Shown: one piece after another, positions 38,701 to 47,077 of the stretch
Position numbering within the stretch: the first letter of the stretch is position 1
Layout of the letters: every line of letters starts with the position of its first letter
The notes under the pieces: model-generated
The model's input: only the letters and a program-made list of their open reading frames with translations
What the model was told of the DNA's origin: nothing
The model's database searches: none
Position numbers and translations under genes: made by a program
Assembly: GCA_963705705.1 (NCBI GenBank)
Contig: CAVPKK010000009.1
Location: 1,740-65,739, forward strand
DNA from: an uncultured bacterium
GTDB taxonomy: Bacteria; Babelota; Babeliae; Babelales; JABCYS01
DNA: 64,000 nucleotides
Direction: 5' to 3'

Positions 38701-40213
38701 TGAATGTGCCATTGTTATTAGCTACTAGCTCAGTCTTAATATCGATCAACTCGCTGAAAGTGCCGTTGAATTCGCAAAGCAGGAAGCAGCCAAGCGCCTC
38801 GACTTCTGACAGAATTGCATCAACATCACAATCGATGTCTTTCACAATGCTTAAGATAGAATCTATATCACTTTCAATATCTTCTAGCACCGAGAACGTG
38901 CCATTGAAATCAGCTACGAGTTCTATCTTAATATCAATCAACTCGCTGAACGTACCGTTAAAGTCAGCATCAATTGTTACCAAGATATCTTCAAGCACGG
39001 TAAATGTGCCATTAAAGCCTTCTTCGATATCACTTTCAATTGATGCAAGACGAGAATTAACCTCGCACTCAAAGTTCAGAAGCTCATCAAATATTGCATC
39101 AACATCACACTCAATTCTTTCAACGGTGCTCTCAATTGATTCAACTTCACTGAGGATCTCAGATAGCACTGTGAATGTGCCATTGGAATTAGCCACAAGT
39201 TCAACTTTGATATCGATCAATTCACTGAACGTGCCGTTGAAATCAGTCACAAGCTCAATTTTAATATCAATCAACTCGGTGAATGTACCGTTAAAGCCAG
39301 CATTAATATCGCTTTCTAGACTTTCGATTTCAGACAATATTTGATCAACGCCACATTCAATATCGAAAACAACTTCTTCGATAACGTCCAGTTCGCAAAG
39401 AATATCATCAACTTTAGAATTTATGCTGTTAATTTCAGATGTAAGATCCTCGAGCACTGAAAATGTACCATTGAAGTCGACCACAAGCTCGGTCTTAATA
39501 TCGACAAGCTCAGTGAATACACCGGAAAGATCGCAGGCCGCTTGATCACATGCGCATGCCGCGATGGCTTCTAGCATTGAGAATGTGCCGTTGAACTCAG
39601 TAATGATTAGACTTTCTAGGCTCTCAACCTCAGACAATATTTGATCAACATCGCAATCAATATCGAAAACGACTTCTTGGATGACGTCCAATTCGCAAAG
39701 AATTTCATCGACTTTTGAATTTATGCTTTCAACTACATCACAACAATCGCCTTCAGCAGCACAGCAAGCGGATATTGTGTTTAGAATGTCATTTAGAACG
39801 GTGAACGTACCAGCTGCTATAGTGCCCAGTTCCACTTCAAGGGTATTAAAGCCATTATTTAATGTAGTAAATACACCGGAAAGATCGCAAGTTCCACGAT
39901 TCTCGCAACATGATTCGAGACTCTCGATTTCACAGAGAATATTATCAAGCTTGGCATTTACGCGAGCCAATGATGAGTTAATTGGTGTAAGGTCACAGTT
40001 GCCCGGGGGAGGCACTGGTTGATTGCCTTGGTCGGGGCCAAGCGGCGTCGCAGTATTTGCATTAGGCCGCGGCGCTCGATCATCAGCAAGCTTCCTCGTC
40101 GTTTCCTCATCCGATAATTTGCGGACTTCATTGCCCTGATCTAATGGCTGGTCAGCAACTGCTATAGTAGCAGGCAAACCAAAGGCCATTGCCAATGTTA
40201 ATAATATCCTCAT
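35717..40213 (-). CDS. giant secreted acidic protein: Cys-rich N-region, ~47 x 18-aa 'FNGTF' repeats, C-terminal parallel beta-helix domain
   Basis: One uninterrupted minus-strand ORF. Start set to ATG 40213 ('MRILLTLAMAFGLPATIAVA', GAGGAG upstream); the longest ORF begins at 40270. The last ~270 aa are homologous to 34795..35697 and end 'SIDNIEIQVA'. Confidence 0.8.
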   Translation of the reverse strand: MRILLTLAMAFGLPATIAVADQPLDQGNEVRKLSDEETTRKLADDRAPRPNANTATPLGPDQGNQPVPPPGNCDLTPINSSLARVNAKLDNILCEIESLESCCENRGTCDLSGVFTTLNNGFNTLEVELGTIAAGTFTVLNDILNTISACCAAEGDCCDVVESINSKVDEILCELDVIQEVVFDIDCDVDQILSEVESLESLIITEFNGTFSMLEAIAACACDQAACDLSGVFTELVDIKTELVVDFNGTFSVLEDLTSEINSINSKVDDILCELDVIEEVVFDIECGVDQILSEIESLESDINAGFNGTFTELIDIKIELVTDFNGTFSELIDIKVELVANSNGTFTVLSEILSEVESIESTVERIECDVDAIFDELLNFECEVNSRLASIESDIEEGFNGTFTVLEDILVTIDADFNGTFSELIDIKIELVADFNGTFSVLEDIESDIDSILSIVKDIDCDVDAILSEVEALGCFLLCEFNGTFSELIDIKTELVANNNGTFTTLAEIESDIDSVLSIVKDIDCDVDAILSEVEALGCFLLCEFNGTFSELIDIKTELVADFNGTFSVLEEIESDIDSILSIVQEIDCDVDEILSEVEAIGCFLVCEFNGTFSVLADIEALIIEEFNGTFSELIDIKTELVAGFNGTFTMLNAIEDDIISDFNGTFTVLADIEALIIAEFNGTFSELIDIKTELVADFNGTFSVLEDLEVLIIEEFNGTFSELIDIKTELVADFNGTFTMLNAIEDDIISDFNGTFTVLADLEALIIEEFNGTFSELIDIKTELVAFFNGTFTELIDIKTELVADFNGTFTMLNAIEDDIVSDFNGTFTVLADLEALIIEEFNGTFSELIDIKTELVAFFNGTFTELIDIKTELVADFNGTFSFLEDLEALIIEEFNGTFSELIDIKTELVADFNGTFTMLNAIEDDIVSDFNGTFTILADLEALIIEEFNGTFSELIDIKTELVAYFNGTFTMLNAIEDDIVSDFNGTFTVLADIEALIIADFNGTFSELIDIKTELVADFNGTFSFLEDLEVLIIEEFNGTFSELIDIKTELVADFNGTFTMLNNILESLNDDIESEFNGTFTVLEDILVTLIADFNGTFSELIDIKTELVADFNGTFSILADLESLIVDDFNGTFSELIDIKTELVAFFNGTFTELIDIKDELVADFNGTFSILADLESLIVDDFNGTFSELIDIKTELVADFNGTFSELIDIKAELVAGFNGTFTVLESLADEDVDCTNFIVACPGGYQIIYADGTVGPCAPAPVLITVPGSYQLCGDIDAAGTDGIDIVASSVELNLGGFSVIQNGAPGSSVGINTSLAPVSYITMYNGRVVKFGTNIVIDSASHVVIKDIQVEDAFTVGMFIQPGSSFVFIERSHASNNGSIGFFINGPSTTDVYMKECSATQNGSAGFSIGSSAVNVIIQSSKATNNGTLGFENDSSTGVLLGNFAFNNTTANYGGTGPFGSIVIGNGAQVPPGMCIDRSIDNIEIQVA
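36500..39620 (-). repeat. in-frame tandem coding repeat, unit 54 nt (18 aa), organised in higher-order blocks
   Basis: 'ccattgaa' recurs at 37353, 37407 and 37461 (exact 54-nt spacing). The peptide units are 'FNGTFSELIDIKTELVAD', 'FNGTFTMLNAIEDDI(I/V)SD' and 'FNGTFTVLAD(I/L)EALIIEE'. Confidence 0.9.
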
Positions 40214-40273
40214 TTCCACTGTCGCTCCTCGCTTAAAAGAAACCATTGCCAAGCATTCACCCAATGCCAACTA

Positions 40274-40349
40274 CTAATACTGAGTGGCTTAATGCCACTA
40301 ATACTGGGCGGCTGTCGCCACCTATCAATACTGAGCGGCTAACGCCGCC
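40274..40349 (-). repeat. three tandem ~24-28-nt stem-loop repeats in the spacer between the OMP gene and the giant repeat gene
   Basis: ctaatactgagtggcttaatgcca / ctaatactgggcggctgtcgccac / ctatcaatactgagcggctaacgccgcc. Two units contain a perfect 5-bp hairpin (gtggc-ttaat-gccac, gcggc-taac-gccgc); the middle unit has only an imperfect one (ggcggc-tgtc-gccacc, 5/6 pairs). Confidence 0.7.
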
Positions 40350-40396
40350 CATACCGCGCTTCGCTCGCCGGAGAATAAATTCTCCGACTCACTTCG

Positions 40397-42328
40397 CTAA
40401 TATTGAACCACCATACCTATATGCCATGATGTCTCACGCATCACTTCCTTACCTCCAACCACATGCGTCCAACCCAAGAAGAGGTCGCCTGAGTTCCAAT
40501 GATGGAAAAATTCAAGGCGCATTTTATGAGAAAGACGTTGTGTCTGACGTTCCAACACTCGCGGATCGAGCGTTTGTAGATTGCCAAAAAGATCAGGTGC
40601 CATAGTGCGGACTGATTCATTGCTGTTGCTGCACACGTTGCTCTTTTGGCCACATGATGCATTTTCAATTTCAGGATTTACAAATTCAATTCTATCCTTG
40701 CTCTTGCCATAGAATTCATAACCGACAAGGAAACCAAGGCCAGGATTGTTTGGATGGTAGAAGTTAAGATCGAATTTTACCAAGCCGTAATCCCACTGAA
40801 CTTCAGCGTCTACAGTTGGGTTAATATTCTTAATAGTGGCGCCAACAAATGATGCAGCTACTTTCTCGCGGCGTTTACATACATGGAAGTAATCACCTTC
40901 GAAATTCATACCAAACCAACAAACAGGCATGTAATACCATTGGGTTCCAACGCGGACCTCATAATGGCCATCATTGCCGGTTGCCATGCGATATACTTCA
41001 CCAGGATTTTTATCGCGCTTATCTGTTGGCCAACGAACACCAAATCGGCCTTCGCCATACATATTTTTATCACACAAGAAGTCATAGCCTAGGTAAATCG
41101 TGGTATCAAGATTACCTACACCACGTTCTTTTTCCGTATCAAAAGTAATGCCATTATTCGCTAAAAATTCTGATGGCGTTACGAATGTACCAGCAGTGTT
41201 AATCAACGATTCAATTTCACTCTCAGCAGTTATCCACTCTGATGATGGACCAATATCACCTGCAGCATCTGAGTAGAATGTCGGTACAAACCAAAATTTT
41301 GATTTCGCGGCATTGCTGTCGCTCAAGACAGTGTAATCAACACCCTGTCCGAATACCCAACGGCTACCTGGAACGCCACCAACAGCGGCACCGGCGCCAT
41401 CTAGCACTGGATAAGCAAATGCCCCTGGCGCACCAGGAACACCATTAACACCCACTTGAAATTCTCCCGCTGCAAAACGATCAACTGGCGGTATACCAGG
41501 TGTTTCTTGCAAGAGATGCGCGGGCACTGCAATCATTCCATTTCCACCGGTGTAAAAATCTGAAACACCCAACGGCACATGGCCAGCATCGGTTACATCA
41601 ATTGGCCCTGGTTGGAAAGCTTGATTTAAAATGGCTGTACCCCAAGTGATTCCGGGCAAAAGACCATTACTTTCAGCGAGCGCATCAAGGAAGTCTAGGC
41701 GGTAGGTACATTCATATTGCTTAAGAGTTCCAGAACCGAAACTGTTACCAAGCGGATCTGTAGGGTATGTATCATAGAAATCAGAGGAACAACGACGTAC
41801 CTCTGCAAGCCCTTCTTCACCTAAACCGCAATCACAGTTACGGCGATGCATTTCAACCACGCGGAATGGCAAGTTCACCCGCAAGCCAACATGCATTCTG
41901 TCGTCTAGGAAACGACGGGCTACATTTAAACCAACTACAATACCTTCTTCGTTATATTCAACACGCGGTTTAACGGTAGAAAATGAAAGAAAAATGGTAG
42001 ATGGCGAAACAGTGGAAACTGTATTGTTAGCAAAAACTTCCGAAACGGTAAAATCTGACAAACCAAATAACAATTGTGTTATTGGTACACGATGGTTGTC
42101 GCATGGGCCAAAGGCATCAGCAGCATTTTGCGCATAGCCAGCACCCCATACATCAAAGTCCCAACACGGGATACTTTTTTCATCCTCTTCCCATTCGATA
42201 GGAATGTGGAAATGCCCTAACGGCTCATTTTGCAGATTGAGCGGTGTACGAATGTCACGCGCTGTCAATGCGCCTAACCCAAACGCACTTAAGAGTGCTG
42301 CCTGAATTAATATGTTCCTCTTAACCAT
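40397..42328 (-). CDS. putative outer-membrane beta-barrel protein
   Basis: Signal peptide 'MVKRNILIQAALLSAFGLGALTA'. Gly/aromatic-rich alternating segments and a C-terminal aromatic residue ('HIGMVVQY'). No named family recognised. Confidence 0.4.
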   Translation of the reverse strand: MVKRNILIQAALLSAFGLGALTARDIRTPLNLQNEPLGHFHIPIEWEEDEKSIPCWDFDVWGAGYAQNAADAFGPCDNHRVPITQLLFGLSDFTVSEVFANNTVSTVSPSTIFLSFSTVKPRVEYNEEGIVVGLNVARRFLDDRMHVGLRVNLPFRVVEMHRRNCDCGLGEEGLAEVRRCSSDFYDTYPTDPLGNSFGSGTLKQYECTYRLDFLDALAESNGLLPGITWGTAILNQAFQPGPIDVTDAGHVPLGVSDFYTGGNGMIAVPAHLLQETPGIPPVDRFAAGEFQVGVNGVPGAPGAFAYPVLDGAGAAVGGVPGSRWVFGQGVDYTVLSDSNAAKSKFWFVPTFYSDAAGDIGPSSEWITAESEIESLINTAGTFVTPSEFLANNGITFDTEKERGVGNLDTTIYLGYDFLCDKNMYGEGRFGVRWPTDKRDKNPGEVYRMATGNDGHYEVRVGTQWYYMPVCWFGMNFEGDYFHVCKRREKVAASFVGATIKNINPTVDAEVQWDYGLVKFDLNFYHPNNPGLGFLVGYEFYGKSKDRIEFVNPEIENASCGQKSNVCSNSNESVRTMAPDLFGNLQTLDPRVLERQTQRLSHKMRLEFFHHWNSGDLFLGWTHVVGGKEVMRETSWHIGMVVQY

Positions 42329-42393
42329 CTGATTCCCTTTTGCTTAAGGCACGCGCTTATATTTGAATTAAAGCGCGTGCCCACTATTTGCTA

Positions 42394-45300
42394 TTAAATT
42401 GATACGTTTATCGAAGCTATCGAATTATTTGAATTCAAGAGCAATGAAATAGATCCAATATCTAATGAGTGTGTGAAGTCAACCACTGGAATACCACCCG
42501 GTCCAGTAGCACCTGTAACTATTTTACGGAATATAGTTGCGTCATTTTCGTAAACGAGAATATTTGTATCGATCGTGCTCTTAGCGAATGGTACGCGTGG
42601 GAAGCTGTATGATGGGAATGGTTCATCCCGTAATGCTAAGTAGGTAAATAATTGGTCAGCCGATACATTAATTTGACTAGAACCAAACATTTTGATGGTA
42701 GCATTATCAAGCAGCATCGCAGCCGAACTCATAATACCTACACGAGCGAGGCCACCTGGCACCGCAATCGTTCCATTAAAGTCGGTAACCGTTATCGAAG
42801 CATCCGTAATTGTCGGATCAAGCTTCACGAGATTACCGCCACCTCGAATGAGGGCATCAACGCTGTCAAATACGAAGCTGAATTTACCGTCAGCGTTGCC
42901 GCCGATTGCAAACAAGGTTGAACGAAGGTCATTTCCATCTACGATTGAGTTATAGCTAAATGCACCCATTGCAATATTGATAGTGATGCTGTTAACGTTA
43001 AACAATGATGACACAGTCCATTGATTTGCCGGCGCTCCTGCTGGTTTTGAAACAACACCTACGCCAAGACCAAAGAAGCCACGATATTGAGTTACAAAGT
43101 TTGCACTCACACCGTCAAGCTCAAGGCTGAAGGTCACTGAACGATCTTCGCTTGGTACCGTATCACCCACTTGGAATGCACCACCTGGAGTAGAGAAATC
43201 ACCTACGGCGATTCGTGCTCCATCCTGCACATGGAATAATAGATTCGTAGACACATCGCACTCTGCCATGGTTTCAATACCAACAACGGCATTCTCATGA
43301 ACAAACATTTGCGAAGCATCGGTAAAGCGTACTTCACCGGTACCAATAAATCGTGCACGAACAACCTGATCGGCCGATGTAGGGACGCTCATTGGATCTG
43401 ACGTTTGTACTATGATTCCTGAATCTTCACTAAACAGAAGAAGGCCGCCGCCTAGTCGTACGGTTGAACCAACTTCAAGAACCAATTTCAATTGACCAGT
43501 AAACTCAACTACTTGGCTTGGCTTGGTCATAGATGATAGATCTAATACGCCGCCATTACGTACACGGATTTCCTTTTCAATTTCTGAACGGAAAACCAAT
43601 GTATCGGTATTAGCAAGACCAAATTCAGGCCCTGCAGCAATTTGGCATACGTTATTAATGATAAGGCTATCGTTAACTTCGATAATACCGCCACCATTAT
43701 TTGGAATAATAGTTACGCCATTTGCTCCAAGAACAACAGCTGCATCAACAGAATCTACGTTGCGGCTTGCGCTGCCGAGACCAACACGGCCACCGTCTTC
43801 AACCACCACCACGCCTGTTGGCGCTTCAGCAGAATCATAACCGCTCAAGAATACGAGTTCGCGAACATAGCCGCCATCGCCTACCTTAAGGTGAGCCATA
43901 TCACCAATACGTGAGCGCTTGATTTGGAATTGGTACACCTCGCCATGCACTTCAGGCAAGCTGATTAAATTATTATCGCTTACTGGCGGATATTCACACG
44001 GGAATGCATTGCAGAATTCGTACGGCATCCAACCACATAATGGAATGAATGGTCTGCCATTGCGAACGCATGGAACCGCATAGTTTTTCTTGGTTGCAAT
44101 CCAATCAAGTGTGTAATCAGTAATGAGACTGCCCGCTGGCACAATATCAAGTTGCGATGGATCGGTAAGATTAAGTTGCCAGTTGGTAATACCTACGCGC
44201 AAGTTGAAGAATATTTGCGATGCAGGAAGATCCACGCGACCATTATGACTCTTGACCACCATCGTTGAGATATTGGCGCGACGGTATGGTTTAACATCAA
44301 AGAGACCATTAGTATCAACAAAAATAGCACCCTCGCCCGTTACACCACTTTCTTCTGGATAGCTAATATCGCCACCACGAGTGTCAAAGGAGAAATAACA
44401 ACCATCAATAGTAAGGGTTGGCGTTGTGGTTAGAAGGAATGTACCACTACAATCAGATGTTGTACCAACCGTATCCTGTACACCCAAAGAGATGTTGCTT
44501 GCATGGCCAAGATAGATGGTATGCACAGAAGCTTGACGACGCAGTTCATGCGGTGGGATTAAAGGATTGATTTCATCATTAATCGAGCTGTCACTTGCAG
44601 CCGTTCTTAGATGTACATGATGCGTGCCTGGCCTTGGGTCAGGAAGTTCTTGAATCACATCGAAATGCGCATTGCGATCAATGAGTTTGCCATCGCATGC
44701 AAATGAACCAACATCAGTACCTAATACCATTTGACGTCCTACGCCATTATCAACTGCGCGACCGTTGGTATAGAAAATGAACGGCTGGTTATTGCCCGGG
44801 CAACCGAGCCCACCACATGGATTATTTGGTACAAGAATATCAACACCAGTAAATGCCACATCACTGAGCAAGTGGAATGGCGCATTAACAAAGCTTATCT
44901 TTGGTCGACCCTCAAAGGCGGTATCTCGGGAACAGTCTGTTCTTGGGCAGATACCGATTTCGGTTAAGAAGTGATGCTCACCACCGACATATGTTGGTTC
45001 GGAAGTGGTATCATTTTTCTCAAGCACCTCGTGATTTTCATCATCGTGTACTAATGAGACCCCATTTAAATTAAGCCGTCCATTGATTAAGAAATAGGCT
45101 TTATCATAGCGTAGTAAATGACCATGCTTATCTGTGGCAAAGGTACGCGCAGGGAAGTATGGTAAGCCTTCACGAACAACTGCAAAGCCGCCGGTAGGAG
45201 TTACCTGTAATGATAAGACGCGTATACCTTCCAGATGCTTATCAGCTCCTTGAATATCAAGTGCACCTTCGACATCAAGCACCACATTGCCGGCGCTAGG

Positions 45301-46728
45301 CCCTCTATCATGATCGAAGTCGTGGTGGGAGAATGTAGAGAGATGATCAAAATCAAATAGTTCCGAACGGAAATAAAGGCCCGAATTGCCGGTCATAATA
45401 ATTAGTGGCGATGGCGCCCCTGGCGTTGCATCAGCTATAAATGCAGATGCGTTTCGCGGTTTTGTAATTGAATCTTCATCAAAGCCAAGCTCGGTGAGCG
45501 CTTCTGGCAGCTTACAGCATGCTTTTGGACAGTGATTGAATCTGGTGCCAATGTAATCAAAATAGGTGCGATCGGTGATATCAATTACGCCGTTACTACC
45601 CAAAATAAAGCCATATTGCATACCACCCGCAGTGATAAAGGCGTTATCACAGAACGGATTATTCATATAGGTGGTTACAACATCGTTACGATTAACCACT
45701 ACTAATGAAGCAGGGAAATCAGGCAACGAATTGATAACATCAAAAGATGCGGTGCCACCACCGAGAACTTCAGGATCTACGTCACTAATCAAATAATCAT
45801 TAAACGAACCAGTTGTTAGCCAACGCGGAGAAATAAGCACATTCCCTTTAGGCGAGACGTGCAATACCAAGCGACCGGTACCAGTGTTAGCGGCATCAAA
45901 AGTAATGTTTGCCAGCGGGCCAGTTGCCGGTGATTGAACTGGAGAGACATAGCCCATTATTGAATTAGGGCCAACCTTAATTTCTGCATCATCGGCCACG
46001 ACGCCATCGCGTTTAAAAAGCAATTTAGGATTATCAGCACTCATATCCATAAACAGCTTAACGCCACCCGTACCATGAGCTCCCGTGAATGAAACTTTTT
46101 CACCGCCAAAAACATCGAAAATCACCGTGCCTGGGCCGGAGATAGATACTAATAGATCGATAAGCGTAGATCCGTTATTAGTTCCTTGGAAGGTAAGTGA
46201 GTTTTCTAATGAGAAGGTAATTGTTTGATCCGTATTTGCCCAGAGGTATAAACGTGGTTGGGTTAAATTACAACCAGTTATTACCGCATCGCCAGAGTTT
46301 ACGGTTACGAGAACATTGCAAGTATTTGCTATTACATGAATTGGACCAACGATTTGGTTGGTACCTGAGACATCGATATTTTGATCGACCACATCAGTGT
46401 TAACGCCAGTGGCACAGCTATTTAGATTGTGCCAGAGTACAGTGGTGCCGCATGCAGGGTCAGCGACTATCCTGTCTTGAACTACTTCTGATTTCTTAGG
46501 TACTGCGGCTGTTACTGTTTTTATTTGTTGATTAACCGCTGGTTTTTTTGCTTTATCGGTTGCTACCTTTTTAACCGTTGCAGCTGCAGGAGCCTTAGAT
46601 GCAGAGGCATCAGACTTACGAACAGTATCTTTTGCAACGGTAGGGGAACCATACAGCGGAAGCACCAAACTAAAAACTACTGCGCCTAAGACAGCAAAAA
46701 TCTTAGGCCGAGCTACAACAAATTGCAT
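42394..46728 (-). CDS. 1444-aa secreted protein, probable beta-solenoid surface protein
   Basis: Signal/anchor 'IFAVLGAVVFSLVLPLYG' and a Lys/Ala-rich linker, followed by long G/N/T/V-rich strand-like sequence. It ends 'SIASINVSI'. Confidence 0.55.
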   Translation of the reverse strand: MQFVVARPKIFAVLGAVVFSLVLPLYGSPTVAKDTVRKSDASASKAPAAATVKKVATDKAKKPAVNQQIKTVTAAVPKKSEVVQDRIVADPACGTTVLWHNLNSCATGVNTDVVDQNIDVSGTNQIVGPIHVIANTCNVLVTVNSGDAVITGCNLTQPRLYLWANTDQTITFSLENSLTFQGTNNGSTLIDLLVSISGPGTVIFDVFGGEKVSFTGAHGTGGVKLFMDMSADNPKLLFKRDGVVADDAEIKVGPNSIMGYVSPVQSPATGPLANITFDAANTGTGRLVLHVSPKGNVLISPRWLTTGSFNDYLISDVDPEVLGGGTASFDVINSLPDFPASLVVVNRNDVVTTYMNNPFCDNAFITAGGMQYGFILGSNGVIDITDRTYFDYIGTRFNHCPKACCKLPEALTELGFDEDSITKPRNASAFIADATPGAPSPLIIMTGNSGLYFRSELFDFDHLSTFSHHDFDHDRGPSAGNVVLDVEGALDIQGADKHLEGIRVLSLQVTPTGGFAVVREGLPYFPARTFATDKHGHLLRYDKAYFLINGRLNLNGVSLVHDDENHEVLEKNDTTSEPTYVGGEHHFLTEIGICPRTDCSRDTAFEGRPKISFVNAPFHLLSDVAFTGVDILVPNNPCGGLGCPGNNQPFIFYTNGRAVDNGVGRQMVLGTDVGSFACDGKLIDRNAHFDVIQELPDPRPGTHHVHLRTAASDSSINDEINPLIPPHELRRQASVHTIYLGHASNISLGVQDTVGTTSDCSGTFLLTTTPTLTIDGCYFSFDTRGGDISYPEESGVTGEGAIFVDTNGLFDVKPYRRANISTMVVKSHNGRVDLPASQIFFNLRVGITNWQLNLTDPSQLDIVPAGSLITDYTLDWIATKKNYAVPCVRNGRPFIPLCGWMPYEFCNAFPCEYPPVSDNNLISLPEVHGEVYQFQIKRSRIGDMAHLKVGDGGYVRELVFLSGYDSAEAPTGVVVVEDGGRVGLGSASRNVDSVDAAVVLGANGVTIIPNNGGGIIEVNDSLIINNVCQIAAGPEFGLANTDTLVFRSEIEKEIRVRNGGVLDLSSMTKPSQVVEFTGQLKLVLEVGSTVRLGGGLLLFSEDSGIIVQTSDPMSVPTSADQVVRARFIGTGEVRFTDASQMFVHENAVVGIETMAECDVSTNLLFHVQDGARIAVGDFSTPGGAFQVGDTVPSEDRSVTFSLELDGVSANFVTQYRGFFGLGVGVVSKPAGAPANQWTVSSLFNVNSITINIAMGAFSYNSIVDGNDLRSTLFAIGGNADGKFSFVFDSVDALIRGGGNLVKLDPTITDASITVTDFNGTIAVPGGLARVGIMSSAAMLLDNATIKMFGSSQINVSADQLFTYLALRDEPFPSYSFPRVPFAKSTIDTNILVYENDATIFRKIVTGATGPGGIPVVDFTHSLDIGSISLLLNSNNSIASINVSI

Positions 46729-47077
46729 ATGCTCATCCTTGTCCTGTAAAGGAGGTTTAATTATTGCGAGATCAAAAGATATAAATGTATGACGCGCGCT
46801 CGCGCTGTATTACTCAGATGTGAATTCTTGGAACGGAGTGTCAGCCATTCTCCTCTTTTTTCGTTCTCACTTTTGTCAAATATTCTGGAGCTAATAATTA
46901 CACCGAGCTGATCGTGCTGTCAAGGGTTTATTTTTTTAATTTTTTGCAGATATTAAGAAACGTTGTCCAGTCAGCATTTCATATTTATTTTTTGTTTCAT
47001 CCTTTTTGAACGAACACAAAGGTATAGTTCATTTTCAGGAAAACAGTGCATAAAACTTGCGCCAAAAATACAATTTT

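Noticed and set aside
37326-39344. 672-aa plus-strand ORF ('...VPLKSATNSVLISINSL...') and its neighbour 36474..37310
   Set aside because: These are antisense shadows of the 54-nt repeat array. They are low-complexity and broken into pieces, with no start context. The minus strand carries one uninterrupted ORF with a signal peptide and a C-terminal domain homologous to neighbouring genes.
36500-39620. A regular 54-nt periodicity could be mistaken for a CRISPR array
   Set aside because: There is no alternation of conserved repeats with unique spacers. The whole unit is conserved and translated in one long ORF. No cas genes are present.
40246-40605. 119-aa plus-strand ORF ('TNTEWLNATNTGRLSPPINTERLTPP...')
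   Set aside because: It reads through the tandem stem-loop repeats and then runs antisense to the barrel gene. It has no coding signal of its own.
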